Source: Rahnella victoriana (GTDB lineage: Bacteria; Pseudomonadota; Gammaproteobacteria; Enterobacterales; Enterobacteriaceae). From it: 24,000 nucleotides of DNA. Location: contig NZ_SJOJ01000017.1 in NCBI RefSeq assembly GCF_004330295.1, positions 7,284 to 31,283 of the forward strand. The letters run 5' to 3'. The stretch's first letter is position 1. The number at the start of each line of letters is the position of its first letter. Below the pieces are notes generated by a model. That model was not told where the DNA came from, did not search any database, and was given only the letters and a program-made list of their open reading frames with translations. A program made the position numbers and the translations under genes. Of the stretch, positions 1-7,773 are shown piece after piece.

Positions 1-160
1 GCCATGATTCAAATTAGCGAGGAGGCAGAATGAAAACCTTTTGGTTTTTGCCACTCAAACGAACTTTATGGCAATGAAATGAAGAAGTGGGCGATCAATA
101 TCTAAATATTGAACATAGGTTTGATATTAATGAAATGACAGTTCATTAAGTGAGGACGGA

Positions 161-188
161 ATAAGAAAAGGCAATCCGAAGATTGCCT
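161..188 (-). terminator. Rho-independent terminator downstream of yijD
   Basis: AGGCAATC (169-176) pairs with GATTGCCT (181-188) around a CGAA loop. On the minus strand the hairpin is followed by TTTTCTTATT. It lies 24 nt after the yijD stop. Confidence 0.75.
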
Positions 189-211
189 TATAAGAAGAAC
201 CGGAAATGATA

Positions 212-571
212 TTACTGCGGGGAAGACTTACGTTTTTTCAGCTTCACACCAATCCACAGCACCAGCGCCACGCAAATCAGCGCGGGCAGGAAGTTCGAAC
301 CCAGTTCAGGGTATTCCGCCCGGACAATGGCGCTGTACAGCAGCAATCCCAGCAGAAAGCAGGCCGCAGCCAGCACCGGTAATCCTTTGGGCATTTCTCC
401 CCGGTGATAACGTACATGCAGGCAATACACCGCCAGTACCAGAGAAATAATCGGGAAAATCGAAAACGTTACGACGGAACTGAATAACGCATCAAATGTG
501 CCATTAATCGACAGCCCGGCAATCAACGCCAAAACCAGAGTGCCATTATCCTGGTTCGGTTGTTCGGTCAT
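212..571 (-). CDS. yijD: Inner-membrane protein YijD (DUF1422 family)
   Basis: 119-aa ORF with several hydrophobic helices and a basic C-terminal tail ([10 protein letters not shown]). It has the same length as E. coli YijD and the same position immediately downstream of fabR. Confidence 0.85.
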   Translation of the reverse strand: MTEQPNQDNGTLVLALIAGLSINGTFDALFSSVVTFSIFPIISLVLAVYCLHVRYHRGEMPKGLPVLAAACFLLGLLLYSAIVRAEYPELGSNFLPALICVALVLWIGVKLKKRKSSPQ

Positions 572-1235
572 CTTCTTTACCTCGGGTCTTATTATTGATG
601 GGAGTCACAGCCGTGCGTTCCTGCTGACGGCGATACCAGTAATACGCGCCCTTGGAGATCATCCGCAACTGCAGCACCAGCCGCTCTTCCAGCTGGCGGC
701 GCTGTGCGATATCCACATCCAGCGCTTCCGCACCGGCGTTGAAAACGATGATCACCATGGCCTCTGCCTGCGCTTCGGTAAAACTGCGCGGCATGTGATT
801 TTCGAGTTGCAGATAGTCGGCAAGTTCCGCAATAAAATGCTGAATTTCACGGGCGACCGCCGCACGGAATGCGGAAGACGTGCCGGAGCGTTCGCGCAGT
901 AACAGGCGAAATGCGTTGGGATTATTACCGATGAATTCCATAAAGGTAGAGACGGATGTGCGGATCACACTGCCGCCTTTGGCGATACGCTGGCGCGCCT
1001 GACGCATCAGCTGACGCAGCATCAGCCCGCTTTCATCCACCATGGTCAGGCCCAGTTCATCCACATCACGAAAATGCCGGTAAAAGGAGGTTGGCGCAAT
1101 GCCTGCCTCGCGGGAAACCTCACGCAGACTCAGACTGGCAAAGCTGCGCTCGGCACTGAGCTGACTAAAAGCCGCCTCAATCAGTGAGCGACGCGTGCGC
1201 TCTTTTTGTTGTGCTCTTACGCCCATAACCTTCAT
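546..1235 (-). CDS. fabR: TetR-family repressor of unsaturated fatty-acid synthesis, FabR
   Basis: [60 protein letters not shown]... is near-identical to E. coli FabR as I recall it. The start may be 1235 (MKVMGVR) or 1226 (MGVR). The 3' end overlaps the yijD start by 26 nt. Confidence 0.93.
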   Translation of the reverse strand: MKVMGVRAQQKERTRRSLIEAAFSQLSAERSFASLSLREVSREAGIAPTSFYRHFRDVDELGLTMVDESGLMLRQLMRQARQRIAKGGSVIRTSVSTFMEFIGNNPNAFRLLLRERSGTSSAFRAAVAREIQHFIAELADYLQLENHMPRSFTEAQAEAMVIIVFNAGAEALDVDIAQRRQLEERLVLQLRMISKGAYYWYRRQQERTAVTPINNKTRGKEDDRTTEPG

Positions 1236-1438
1236 CCGGATAGTGTTCTTCTTTTTGATTATTCGCCCGATATCGCTTCACTATACCAAAATTTTTCACG
1301 GTCGGAGCCAAAGATACCACAGCATAAAGTGGGTCAGAATGTTGCTGCATTACCATTAAATGACAACTGCATGTGGGGTAAATAGGTGTAATATGTTACT
1401 TTCTCGTTGTGATTTTGTATAAAAATAGGTTTCGAACT

Positions 1439-2839
1439 ATGCAACAGCACTCACATTTTGATGCCATCATCATTGGCTCAGGCCCTGGCGGAGAAGGCGC
1501 CGCGATGGGACTGGTTAAACAAGGCGCCCGGGTTGCTGTCATCGAACGCTATAACAACGTCGGTGGCGGATGTACTCACTGGGGAACCATCCCTTCCAAA
1601 GCATTACGCCACGCCGTCAGCAGAATCATCGAATTTAATCAAAACCCGCTCTACAGCGATAACTCCCGCACAATGAGTTCCAGTTTCCCCGACATTCTGC
1701 GTCACGCCGATTCCGTTATTAATCAGCAGACCCGTATGCGTCAGGGTTTCTATGAAAGAAACCAGTGCCAGCTGTTCTCCGGCGATGCCAGTTTTGTCGA
1801 TGCCAATACCATCAACATCCGTTATCCGGACAACACACACGAACAAATCACCGCAGACAACATCATCATTGCCTGCGGCTCACGCCCTTACCGCCCGGCC
1901 AATGTCGATTTCGGACATCCGCGCATTTACGACAGCGACCTGATCCTCGAACTGAGCCATGAACCGCGCCATGTGATTATTTACGGTGCGGGGGTGATCG
2001 GCTGTGAATATGCGTCGATCTTCCGTGGTCTGAACGTGAAAGTGGACTTAATCAACACCCGCGACCGCCTGCTGTCTTTCCTCGATCAGGAAATGTCAGA
2101 CGCCCTGTCCTATCACTTCTGGAACAACGGGGTGGTGATCCGCCACAACGAAGAATTCGAGATGATCGAAGGCGTGGAAGACGGTGTGATCATGCACCTC
2201 AAATCCGGCAAAAAAGTGAAAGCGGATGCGCTGTTGTATGCCAACGGACGCACCGGTAACACCGATAATCTGGGTCTGGAGAACATTGGTCTGGAAGCCG
2301 ACAGCCGCGGTCTGTTGAAAGTAAACAGCATGTACCAGACGGCGCTGTCACATATCTATGCGGTCGGTGACGTCATCGGTTATCCGAGTCTGGCCTCGGC
2401 CGCGTATGATCAGGGCCGTATTGCCGCGCAGGCGATGATTCAGGGGGAAGCCAAAGTCCATCTGATCGAAAATATTCCGACCGGCATTTACACCATTCCT
2501 GAAATCAGTTCCGTGGGGAAAACCGAACAGGAACTGACGGCGATGAAAGTGCCGTATGAAGTGGGCCGTGCGCAGTTTAAGCATCTGGCACGCGCACAGA
2601 TTGCGGGCATGAACGTCGGCAGTCTGAAATTGCTGTTCCACCGCGATACCAAAGAAATTCTGGGTATTCATTGCTTTGGTGAACGCGCAGCCGAGATTAT
2701 TCATATCGGCCAGGCCATCATGGAACAGAAAGGTGAAGGCAATACTATCGAGTATTTCGTTAATACGACCTTCAACTATCCGACGATGGCGGAAGCCTAT
2801 CGCGTGGCGGCACTGAACGGCTTAAACCGCCTGTTTTAA
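1439..2839 (+). CDS. sthA: Soluble pyridine nucleotide transhydrogenase
   Basis: FAD-binding [13 protein letters not shown] motif and C-terminus ...[14 protein letters not shown], collinear with E. coli SthA (466 aa). I chose ATG 1439 ([15 protein letters not shown]), which gives 466 aa. The track ORF begins at an upstream GTG (1409) that adds 10 non-conserved residues. Confidence 0.95.
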   Translation: MQQHSHFDAIIIGSGPGGEGAAMGLVKQGARVAVIERYNNVGGGCTHWGTIPSKALRHAVSRIIEFNQNPLYSDNSRTMSSSFPDILRHADSVINQQTRMRQGFYERNQCQLFSGDASFVDANTINIRYPDNTHEQITADNIIIACGSRPYRPANVDFGHPRIYDSDLILELSHEPRHVIIYGAGVIGCEYASIFRGLNVKVDLINTRDRLLSFLDQEMSDALSYHFWNNGVVIRHNEEFEMIEGVEDGVIMHLKSGKKVKADALLYANGRTGNTDNLGLENIGLEADSRGLLKVNSMYQTALSHIYAVGDVIGYPSLASAAYDQGRIAAQAMIQGEAKVHLIENIPTGIYTIPEISSVGKTEQELTAMKVPYEVGRAQFKHLARAQIAGMNVGSLKLLFHRDTKEILGIHCFGERAAEIIHIGQAIMEQKGEGNTIEYFVNTTFNYPTMAEAYRVAALNGLNRLF

Positions 2840-3745
2840 GACGGCGGTTTTATCCATGTAAGGCTGCATGTGCTCTTTGATGGCTTCGGCGAGCTGCTCG
2901 TAACGCCCGCGCAGTGGCGAACCGGGACGGTAAACCAGCGCAATGGTGCGGCGCGGTTCCGGTTTGTCACAGGCCAGATATGTCACACCATCACGGCTGC
3001 GCTCATTGGGCACAGCCAGTGAGGGCAGCAGGGTAATGCCGCTGCCCGCCGCCACCATATTGCGCAGGGTTTCCAGACTGGTTGCCCGGAAATGGGTATC
3101 TTCGTCCGCGCCCGCCTGGAAACAGAAACCCAGCGCCTGATCGCGCAGACAGTGACCGTCTTCCAGCATCAGCAGTTTCTCACCGGCCAGATCGGCCATT
3201 GCCACGCGATCGCGCGATGCCCACGGATGATCGTCATAGATCGCCAGTTTCATTGGCTCATCAAACAGCGGCACTTCTATAAAAGCTTCACTCTCTTTCA
3301 CCAGCGCCAGAATGGCACAATCGAGCTTTCCGCTGTCGAGCTGCGCCAGAAGCTGATGGGTTTGTGCTTCGTGCAGATACATTTCCAGTTTCGGAAAGGT
3401 TTTGTGCAGCGAAGGAATAATTTGCGGCAGCAGATAAGGCCCGACGGTCGGGATCAGCCCGATATGCATCGGCCCGGACATCGCCTCGCCCTGCTGGCTC
3501 GCCATCTCTTTGAGCACTTTCACTTCGCGCAACACCGTCCGCGCCTGATCGACCAGCAGCAGACCGGCCTGAGTGAACAACACTTTGCGGCTGGTTCTTT
3601 CCAGCAACATAACGCCCAGCTCATCTTCCAGTTTGCGGATCTGCCCGCTCAACGTTGGCTGACTGACATGGCATGAATCTGCGGCGCGACGAAAGTGACG
3701 AAACTCTGCCAGTGCCACCAGATACTCTAAATCGCGAATGTTCAT
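2822..3745 (-). CDS. oxyR: LysR-family hydrogen-peroxide sensor/regulator OxyR
   Basis: [60 protein letters not shown] matches E. coli OxyR, as does the redox-Cys context [11 protein letters not shown]. 307 aa against 305 in E. coli. Confidence 0.97.
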   Translation of the reverse strand: MNIRDLEYLVALAEFRHFRRAADSCHVSQPTLSGQIRKLEDELGVMLLERTSRKVLFTQAGLLLVDQARTVLREVKVLKEMASQQGEAMSGPMHIGLIPTVGPYLLPQIIPSLHKTFPKLEMYLHEAQTHQLLAQLDSGKLDCAILALVKESEAFIEVPLFDEPMKLAIYDDHPWASRDRVAMADLAGEKLLMLEDGHCLRDQALGFCFQAGADEDTHFRATSLETLRNMVAAGSGITLLPSLAVPNERSRDGVTYLACDKPEPRRTIALVYRPGSPLRGRYEQLAEAIKEHMQPYMDKTAVLKQAV

Positions 3746-3774
3746 TTTTCCTCCAGTCCCTATAAGGCGATGCG

Positions 3775-3811
3775 ATAGCCGTTAACGATAGATAAGATAG
3801 CAATCAACGAT
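3775..3811. promoter_or_regulatory. OxyR operator shared by divergent oxyR and prx-grx promoters
   Basis: ATAGccgttaaCGATagataagATAGcaatcaaCGAT. The four elements sit at the spacing of the OxyR consensus ATAGnnnnnnnCTATnnnnnnnATAGnnnnnnnCTAT, with CGAT replacing CTAT in elements 2 and 4. The site lies 30 bp upstream of the oxyR ATG and 95 bp upstream of the prx-grx ATG. A possible -10 for prx-grx (AATAAT) is at 3835-3840. Confidence 0.7.
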
Positions 3812-3905
3812 TATATCTATCAACCATTATCGTGAATAATGCCTTCCAACGAAAAGGCTACGCCGAAAACATATTCGATTTTATTTATTAATTAAGAGGT
3901 TATTC

Positions 3906-4667
3906 ATGTTTGCAAGCCAGGAAGGGAAAAACGTACCGCAAGTCACTTTCCATACCCGTCAGGGCGACCAGTGGGTAGATCTCTCCAGCGATCAGCTGTT
4001 TAAAAATAAAACAGTGATTGTTTTTTCACTGCCGGGCGCGTTCACCCCGACCTGTTCATCGAGCCACCTGCCACGTTACAACGAACTGGCACCGGTGTTC
4101 AAAAGTCACGGCGTGGACAGCATTCTGTGCGTTTCCGTCAACGACACCTTTGTGATGAACGCGTGGAAAGCGGAACAGAACGCCTCCAACATTACCTTCA
4201 TTCCGGACGGTAACGGCGAGTTCACCAAAGGCATGGATATGCTGGTGGAAAAAGCCGATTTAGGCTTCGGTCCGCGCTCATGGCGTTATTCCATGCTGGT
4301 GCGCAACGGCGTGGTGGAAAAGATGTTCGTTGAGCCAAACAAACCGGGCGACCCGTTTGAAGTGTCTGACGCCGACACCATGCTGAAATATCTGGCACCT
4401 GAATTTAAAGTGCAGGAATCGGTTTCCGTGTTCACCAAACCGGGCTGTCCGTTCTGTGCGAAAGCCAAACAAATGTTGCAGGAACGCGGCATTCAGTACG
4501 AAGAAATTGTATTAGGTAAAGATGCGACCACCGTCTCTCTGCGCGCCGTAACGGGCCGGGCGACAGTACCACAAGTCTTTATCGGCGGACGCCACATCGG
4601 GGGAAGTGACGATCTGGAAGTGTACCTGCACTCAGAAACGCAGGACGTGTGCGAAGTGGCACAGTAA
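3906..4667 (+). CDS. Hybrid peroxiredoxin (Prx5-type) - glutaredoxin, a glutathione-dependent peroxidase
   Basis: The N-terminal domain carries the Prx5-type peroxidatic motif [10 protein letters not shown]. The C-terminal domain carries the Grx active site CPFC plus [18 protein letters not shown]. The architecture resembles Haemophilus PGdx and Vibrio PrxA. RBS AAGAGG is at 3894-3899. Confidence 0.9.
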   Translation: MFASQEGKNVPQVTFHTRQGDQWVDLSSDQLFKNKTVIVFSLPGAFTPTCSSSHLPRYNELAPVFKSHGVDSILCVSVNDTFVMNAWKAEQNASNITFIPDGNGEFTKGMDMLVEKADLGFGPRSWRYSMLVRNGVVEKMFVEPNKPGDPFEVSDADTMLKYLAPEFKVQESVSVFTKPGCPFCAKAKQMLQERGIQYEEIVLGKDATTVSLRAVTGRATVPQVFIGGRHIGGSDDLEVYLHSETQDVCEVAQ

Positions 4668-4668
4668 C

Positions 4669-4780
4669 GTCGATAAGACTCTGCTGTAAGAAGTAAGACA
4701 AGAAGTCCCTGCATTATCGACAAAAAGAAGCAAAGTAAGACTACGTGAACTTTCGGCGGACTTCGGGTCCGCCTTTTTTT
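4669..4780 (+). ncRNA. Candidate OxyS-like sRNA / structured 3' UTR of prx-grx
   Basis: Three parts. A 5' stem-loop: 4669-4676 pairs with 4714-4721, and 4677-4680 with 4704-4707. An A-rich ARN-type linker at 4721-4741. Then ACGTGAACTTT (4743-4753) followed by a terminator hairpin. The 3' third resembles the E. coli oxyS 3' end as I remember it (AACGTGAACTTTTGCGGATC...GATCCGC-Tn). Overall length is about 112 nt against 109 nt. No own promoter is evident. Confidence 0.5.
4755..4780 (+). terminator. Rho-independent terminator of prx-grx (and 3' end of the OxyS-like element)
   Basis: GGCGGAC (4755-4761), loop TTCGG, GTCCGCC (4767-4773), followed by T7 (4774-4780). Confidence 0.9.
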
Positions 4781-4853
4781 ATTTAACAATCCCCTTCTGA
4801 GATCGCCCACCCTGTTTTCCTGCTCTTCTCCTGCGACACTTTGCGGTTGTTTC

Positions 4854-5891
4854 ATGGCGAATGGCGGAACGATGACGGCGCAAAAACCCCGCAACAAAAT
4901 TACGCAACAGGATGTCGCCCGTCTGGCGGGGGTGTCCGTTTCGGCGGTATCACTGGTGCTCGGCGGCAAAGGCCGTATTTCCCCGCAAGGGGTAGCGCGA
5001 ATTTATCAGGCCATCGAACAACTGGGATATCAGTTACCTGCCACCGCCGTCCCCGCCTCTTTGCCCCGCATTGGCCTGTTACTGCCGCATGACTGCGATT
5101 TTTCCGCCGCGTTACTGCCGGCGCTGGCGAAAACCCTGCAACAGGCCGGTTTTACCCTCGCACTTTCTTATGTTGATTTGCACCCTTCGCGGTTACTGGC
5201 TCAGGCCGGAACGCTTCTGACACAGGACATCTGCGGCATGCTGGTGTGCGGGAGGCTGCTCAACGATCACCCCGATGTGTTGCAGGCGCTGAGTTCACGC
5301 GCTGACGCCCGTCACATCGCCCTGACCGGGATCAGCGCCCATCATCATCCGGGTCCGGTTGCCGCCGTCCATCCGGACAATGCGCTGGCGGCACATCAGG
5401 CAACGGACGCCCTGCTTAAGCAACAGCATAAACATATCGCGTATCTCGGCGGCGAAAACCATTCGCTGGTACGCGCCGAAAGACTGGGCGGGCTTTCCGT
5501 GGCGCTGGGTAAAGCGGGCGTGGCCTTTTCACCGTCGCTCAGCCTGCCCTGCGCCGCCACCTTTGCGGATGCCTCCCGCGCCGCCGAACAGTTACTTAAA
5601 CAGCACCCCAAAATCTCGGCAATCCTGTGCGATAACCCGACGGTTTTGCAGGCGGCGCATCACACGCTGCTTAGCGGAACACAGGCACACCGCTGGCGGC
5701 TGTTTTCACGGCGCATCGCCCTGACCGGTTTCGGCGAATGTGAGTCATCCCTGAAACTGCAATTGCCGGTGATTGCCGCCCGTCACCGCACGCTGGCCCG
5801 TCGGGTGCTGGAATGCCTGCAACATCAGCTGGACGGCAACACATTATTGCCCGGCGATCCCCGCCTGACGGTGCCTGCCGTCTTCCTTTAA
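4854..5891 (+). CDS. LacI/GalR-family transcriptional regulator
   Basis: N-terminal HTH ITQQDVARLAGVSVSAVSLVLGGKGRISPQGVARIYQAIEQLGY is followed by a periplasmic-binding-protein-like sugar-binding fold of about 330 aa. The start is ambiguous: ATG 4854 or ATG 4872 (MTAQKPRNK...), and neither has a strong SD. Confidence 0.85.
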   Translation: MANGGTMTAQKPRNKITQQDVARLAGVSVSAVSLVLGGKGRISPQGVARIYQAIEQLGYQLPATAVPASLPRIGLLLPHDCDFSAALLPALAKTLQQAGFTLALSYVDLHPSRLLAQAGTLLTQDICGMLVCGRLLNDHPDVLQALSSRADARHIALTGISAHHHPGPVAAVHPDNALAAHQATDALLKQQHKHIAYLGGENHSLVRAERLGGLSVALGKAGVAFSPSLSLPCAATFADASRAAEQLLKQHPKISAILCDNPTVLQAAHHTLLSGTQAHRWRLFSRRIALTGFGECESSLKLQLPVIAARHRTLARRVLECLQHQLDGNTLLPGDPRLTVPAVFL

Positions 5892-6025
5892 CCTGTCCGG
5901 CAGGCAGGTAAAAAAAATCGGCGAAAAATTTTACCCGTTTTATTTATCATTCCTGACCCGCGCCTTTTGACGCTTTTTCCACCACCGCTGATGCTGTATC
6001 CAGGTTTTTCACAGGGTCAGGGTCA

Positions 6026-7414
6026 ATGATCGACTTCTCAGCACACGCCCGGGATCGGGCCACGCAGTTCCTCACATTACTCGCGCAATGGGTGGCTATC
6101 CCTTCGCCTTTCGACGCGGACAGCCGGCAGCCCGACGCCCCCTTTGGCCGCGGCATTGCCGATGCGCTGCACTGGTGGCAGACCCTGGGCGACAACGCCG
6201 GGCTCGCGACCCTGAATGTCGATCACCATGCCGTGCATATCGAATACGGCAGCGGCGACGAGATCGTGTATGTCTTTGGTCACGCCGATGTCGTGCCTGC
6301 CGGTGACGGCTGGCATTTCCCGCCCTATCAGCTGTCCCGTCTGGGCGACAAACTGATTGGTCGCGGCGTCATGGATGACAAAGGCCCGATGATCGCCGCC
6401 TGGCTGGCGCTGGATATTCTGCGCGAGCTGAAACTGCCGCTGGCGCGCCGGATCCGACTGGTGGCGGGCGGCAACGAAGAAACCGGCTTCCGCTGTATCC
6501 GCCGGTATTTTGAATCGCAGCCGCAACCGGCATTTGCCTTCACGCCGGACGGAAAATTTCCGGTGATCTACGGTGAAAAAGGCTCGCTGCTGGTCAGGCT
6601 GACGTCGCCGGTTGCACAGACCGGGCTGAACGTGGCCTGCGGCAACGTCGTGAACACCATTCCTGATGTCGCGCATCTGCGTGGCCTTTCACTTTACTCC
6701 GGCGGATGGACACTGGCGGACGGTTTTACGCTGCTGGCGGAACCGGCCTGCGCCGATCACTGGCAGTTGTATGGCCGTGGCGGCCATTCATCTAAACCGG
6801 AACAATGCCTGAATCCCATCACCGCCACGGCGCAGTTACTGCATCAGCGATTCAGCAGTCACTGGACGCAGCAACTTTGCGACATCACCGACGCGACAAC
6901 CGGCCAGAACGGCGTGCGTTTTGCCTTGGATACCCCGGGCGAATGCGGTCAGATCCTGCTGGTGCCGACGGTACTGAACATCGGTAACGGGCAGATGACA
7001 CTGACGCTCAACGTGCGCTATCCCGAGAATCTCAGCACAGAAGAGATTACCGCCAGCCTGACACGCTGGCTTCGCGGCTGGCCCGCAAGCCGTATTGATA
7101 TTGAGCCGGTCAAACCGCCGGGCTTTTATCCGCCAGACAGTGCGCTGGTGCAGACGCTGCATGAGATTTACACCCGCCACACCGGCGATCACCACCATCC
7201 TTCCCGCACCACCGGCGCAGGCAGTTACGCCAGCGCGATGCAAAACGCCGTGATCTTCGGCTGTGAGTTTCCTGACGGCTCTTCCGGCAATACGCATGGT
7301 GCGGACGAATACGGCAGTTTGTGCCGCTTTATCAGCGCGACCGGCATGTACGCCGAAGCGCTTTACCGGCTGGCAAACCTGCCCGCCGCCACCCCAGAAA
7401 AACGAGGTATCTGA
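6026..7414 (+). CDS. M20A-family metallodipeptidase (PepV/Sapep-like)
   Basis: The full set of di-zinc M20 motifs appears in order: GHADVVP (His), GVMDDKGP (bridging Asp), GGNEETG (catalytic and metal Glu), TPDGKFPVIYGEKG (Asp), GGHSSKPE lid motif, and NTHGADE (His). 462 aa, typical of PepV-type dipeptidases. Confidence 0.85.
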   Translation: MIDFSAHARDRATQFLTLLAQWVAIPSPFDADSRQPDAPFGRGIADALHWWQTLGDNAGLATLNVDHHAVHIEYGSGDEIVYVFGHADVVPAGDGWHFPPYQLSRLGDKLIGRGVMDDKGPMIAAWLALDILRELKLPLARRIRLVAGGNEETGFRCIRRYFESQPQPAFAFTPDGKFPVIYGEKGSLLVRLTSPVAQTGLNVACGNVVNTIPDVAHLRGLSLYSGGWTLADGFTLLAEPACADHWQLYGRGGHSSKPEQCLNPITATAQLLHQRFSSHWTQQLCDITDATTGQNGVRFALDTPGECGQILLVPTVLNIGNGQMTLTLNVRYPENLSTEEITASLTRWLRGWPASRIDIEPVKPPGFYPPDSALVQTLHEIYTRHTGDHHHPSRTTGAGSYASAMQNAVIFGCEFPDGSSGNTHGADEYGSLCRFISATGMYAEALYRLANLPAATPEKRGI

Positions 7415-7416
7415 AA

Positions 7417-7737
7417 ATGTCTGCAAAAAAACTGATTGCGCTGTGCGCCTGCCCGATGGGACTGGCTCATACCTTTATGGCTGCCGAAGCCATTGAAGTG
7501 GCCGCCCGTGAACGCGGTTATGAGGTGAAAGTTGAAACACAGGGTGCCGACGGCATCCAGAACGAACTGACAGCGGAAGACATCGCGCAGGCCACGGTGA
7601 TCATCCACGCCACCGGTATCACGCCGCAAAACATCGAGCGGTTTAATGGCGTTGAAGTGTATGAAGTCGAGCTGAAAGACGCCGTAAAAAACGCGGGCGG
7701 ACTGATCGACGAAATCGAAGAAGATCAGCGCCAGTAA
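7417..7737 (+). CDS. PTS fructose-family EIIB component (FrwB/FryB-like)
   Basis: MSAKKLIALCACPMGLAHTFMAAEAIE...KVETQGADGIQNELTAEDIAQA matches the Fru-type IIB signature (phospho-Cys in C-P-x-G-[IL]-A-H-T-[FY]-M-A-A-E). RBS GAGGT is at 7404-7408. The ATG lies 2 nt after the M20 stop. The track ORF (from 7321) is an in-frame upstream extension that overlaps the M20 gene. Confidence 0.9.
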   Translation: MSAKKLIALCACPMGLAHTFMAAEAIEVAARERGYEVKVETQGADGIQNELTAEDIAQATVIIHATGITPQNIERFNGVEVYEVELKDAVKNAGGLIDEIEEDQRQ

Positions 7738-7773
7738 TTCCACATTTGCTTTTTTAAGCGCAAGGAGTTCCCC

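Noticed and set aside
1409-1438. Upstream in-frame extensions offered by the ORF track for sthA (GTG 1409), metF (to 18811), metJ (22899) and PTS IIB (7321).
   Set aside because: The extensions are not present in the E. coli orthologues as I recall them. They lack SD sequences and overlap regulatory sites or the preceding gene. The internal ATGs have proper RBSs and give canonical lengths.
1236-1438. I looked for a FabR-type palindrome or other operator in the fabR-sthA divergent region. The only thing seen was a CTGCAT direct repeat near 1346-1372.
   Set aside because: No convincing dyad symmetry is present, and hexamer repeats at this density are expected by chance.
4786-4800. TCCCCTTCTGAG just downstream of the prx-grx terminator resembles the left arm of the REP-like palindrome at 10095-10118. 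It might have been a left-border repeat of the LacI-PTS-peptidase cassette.
   Set aside because: Only about 7 nt are shared and no complementary right arm is present. That is too weak to call a flanking repeat.
4493-4969. 158-aa minus-strand ORF spanning the prx-grx 3' end, its terminator and the 5' end of the LacI-family gene.
   Set aside because: It crosses a strong plus-strand terminator and two supported genes. Its composition is not protein-like and it has no RBS.
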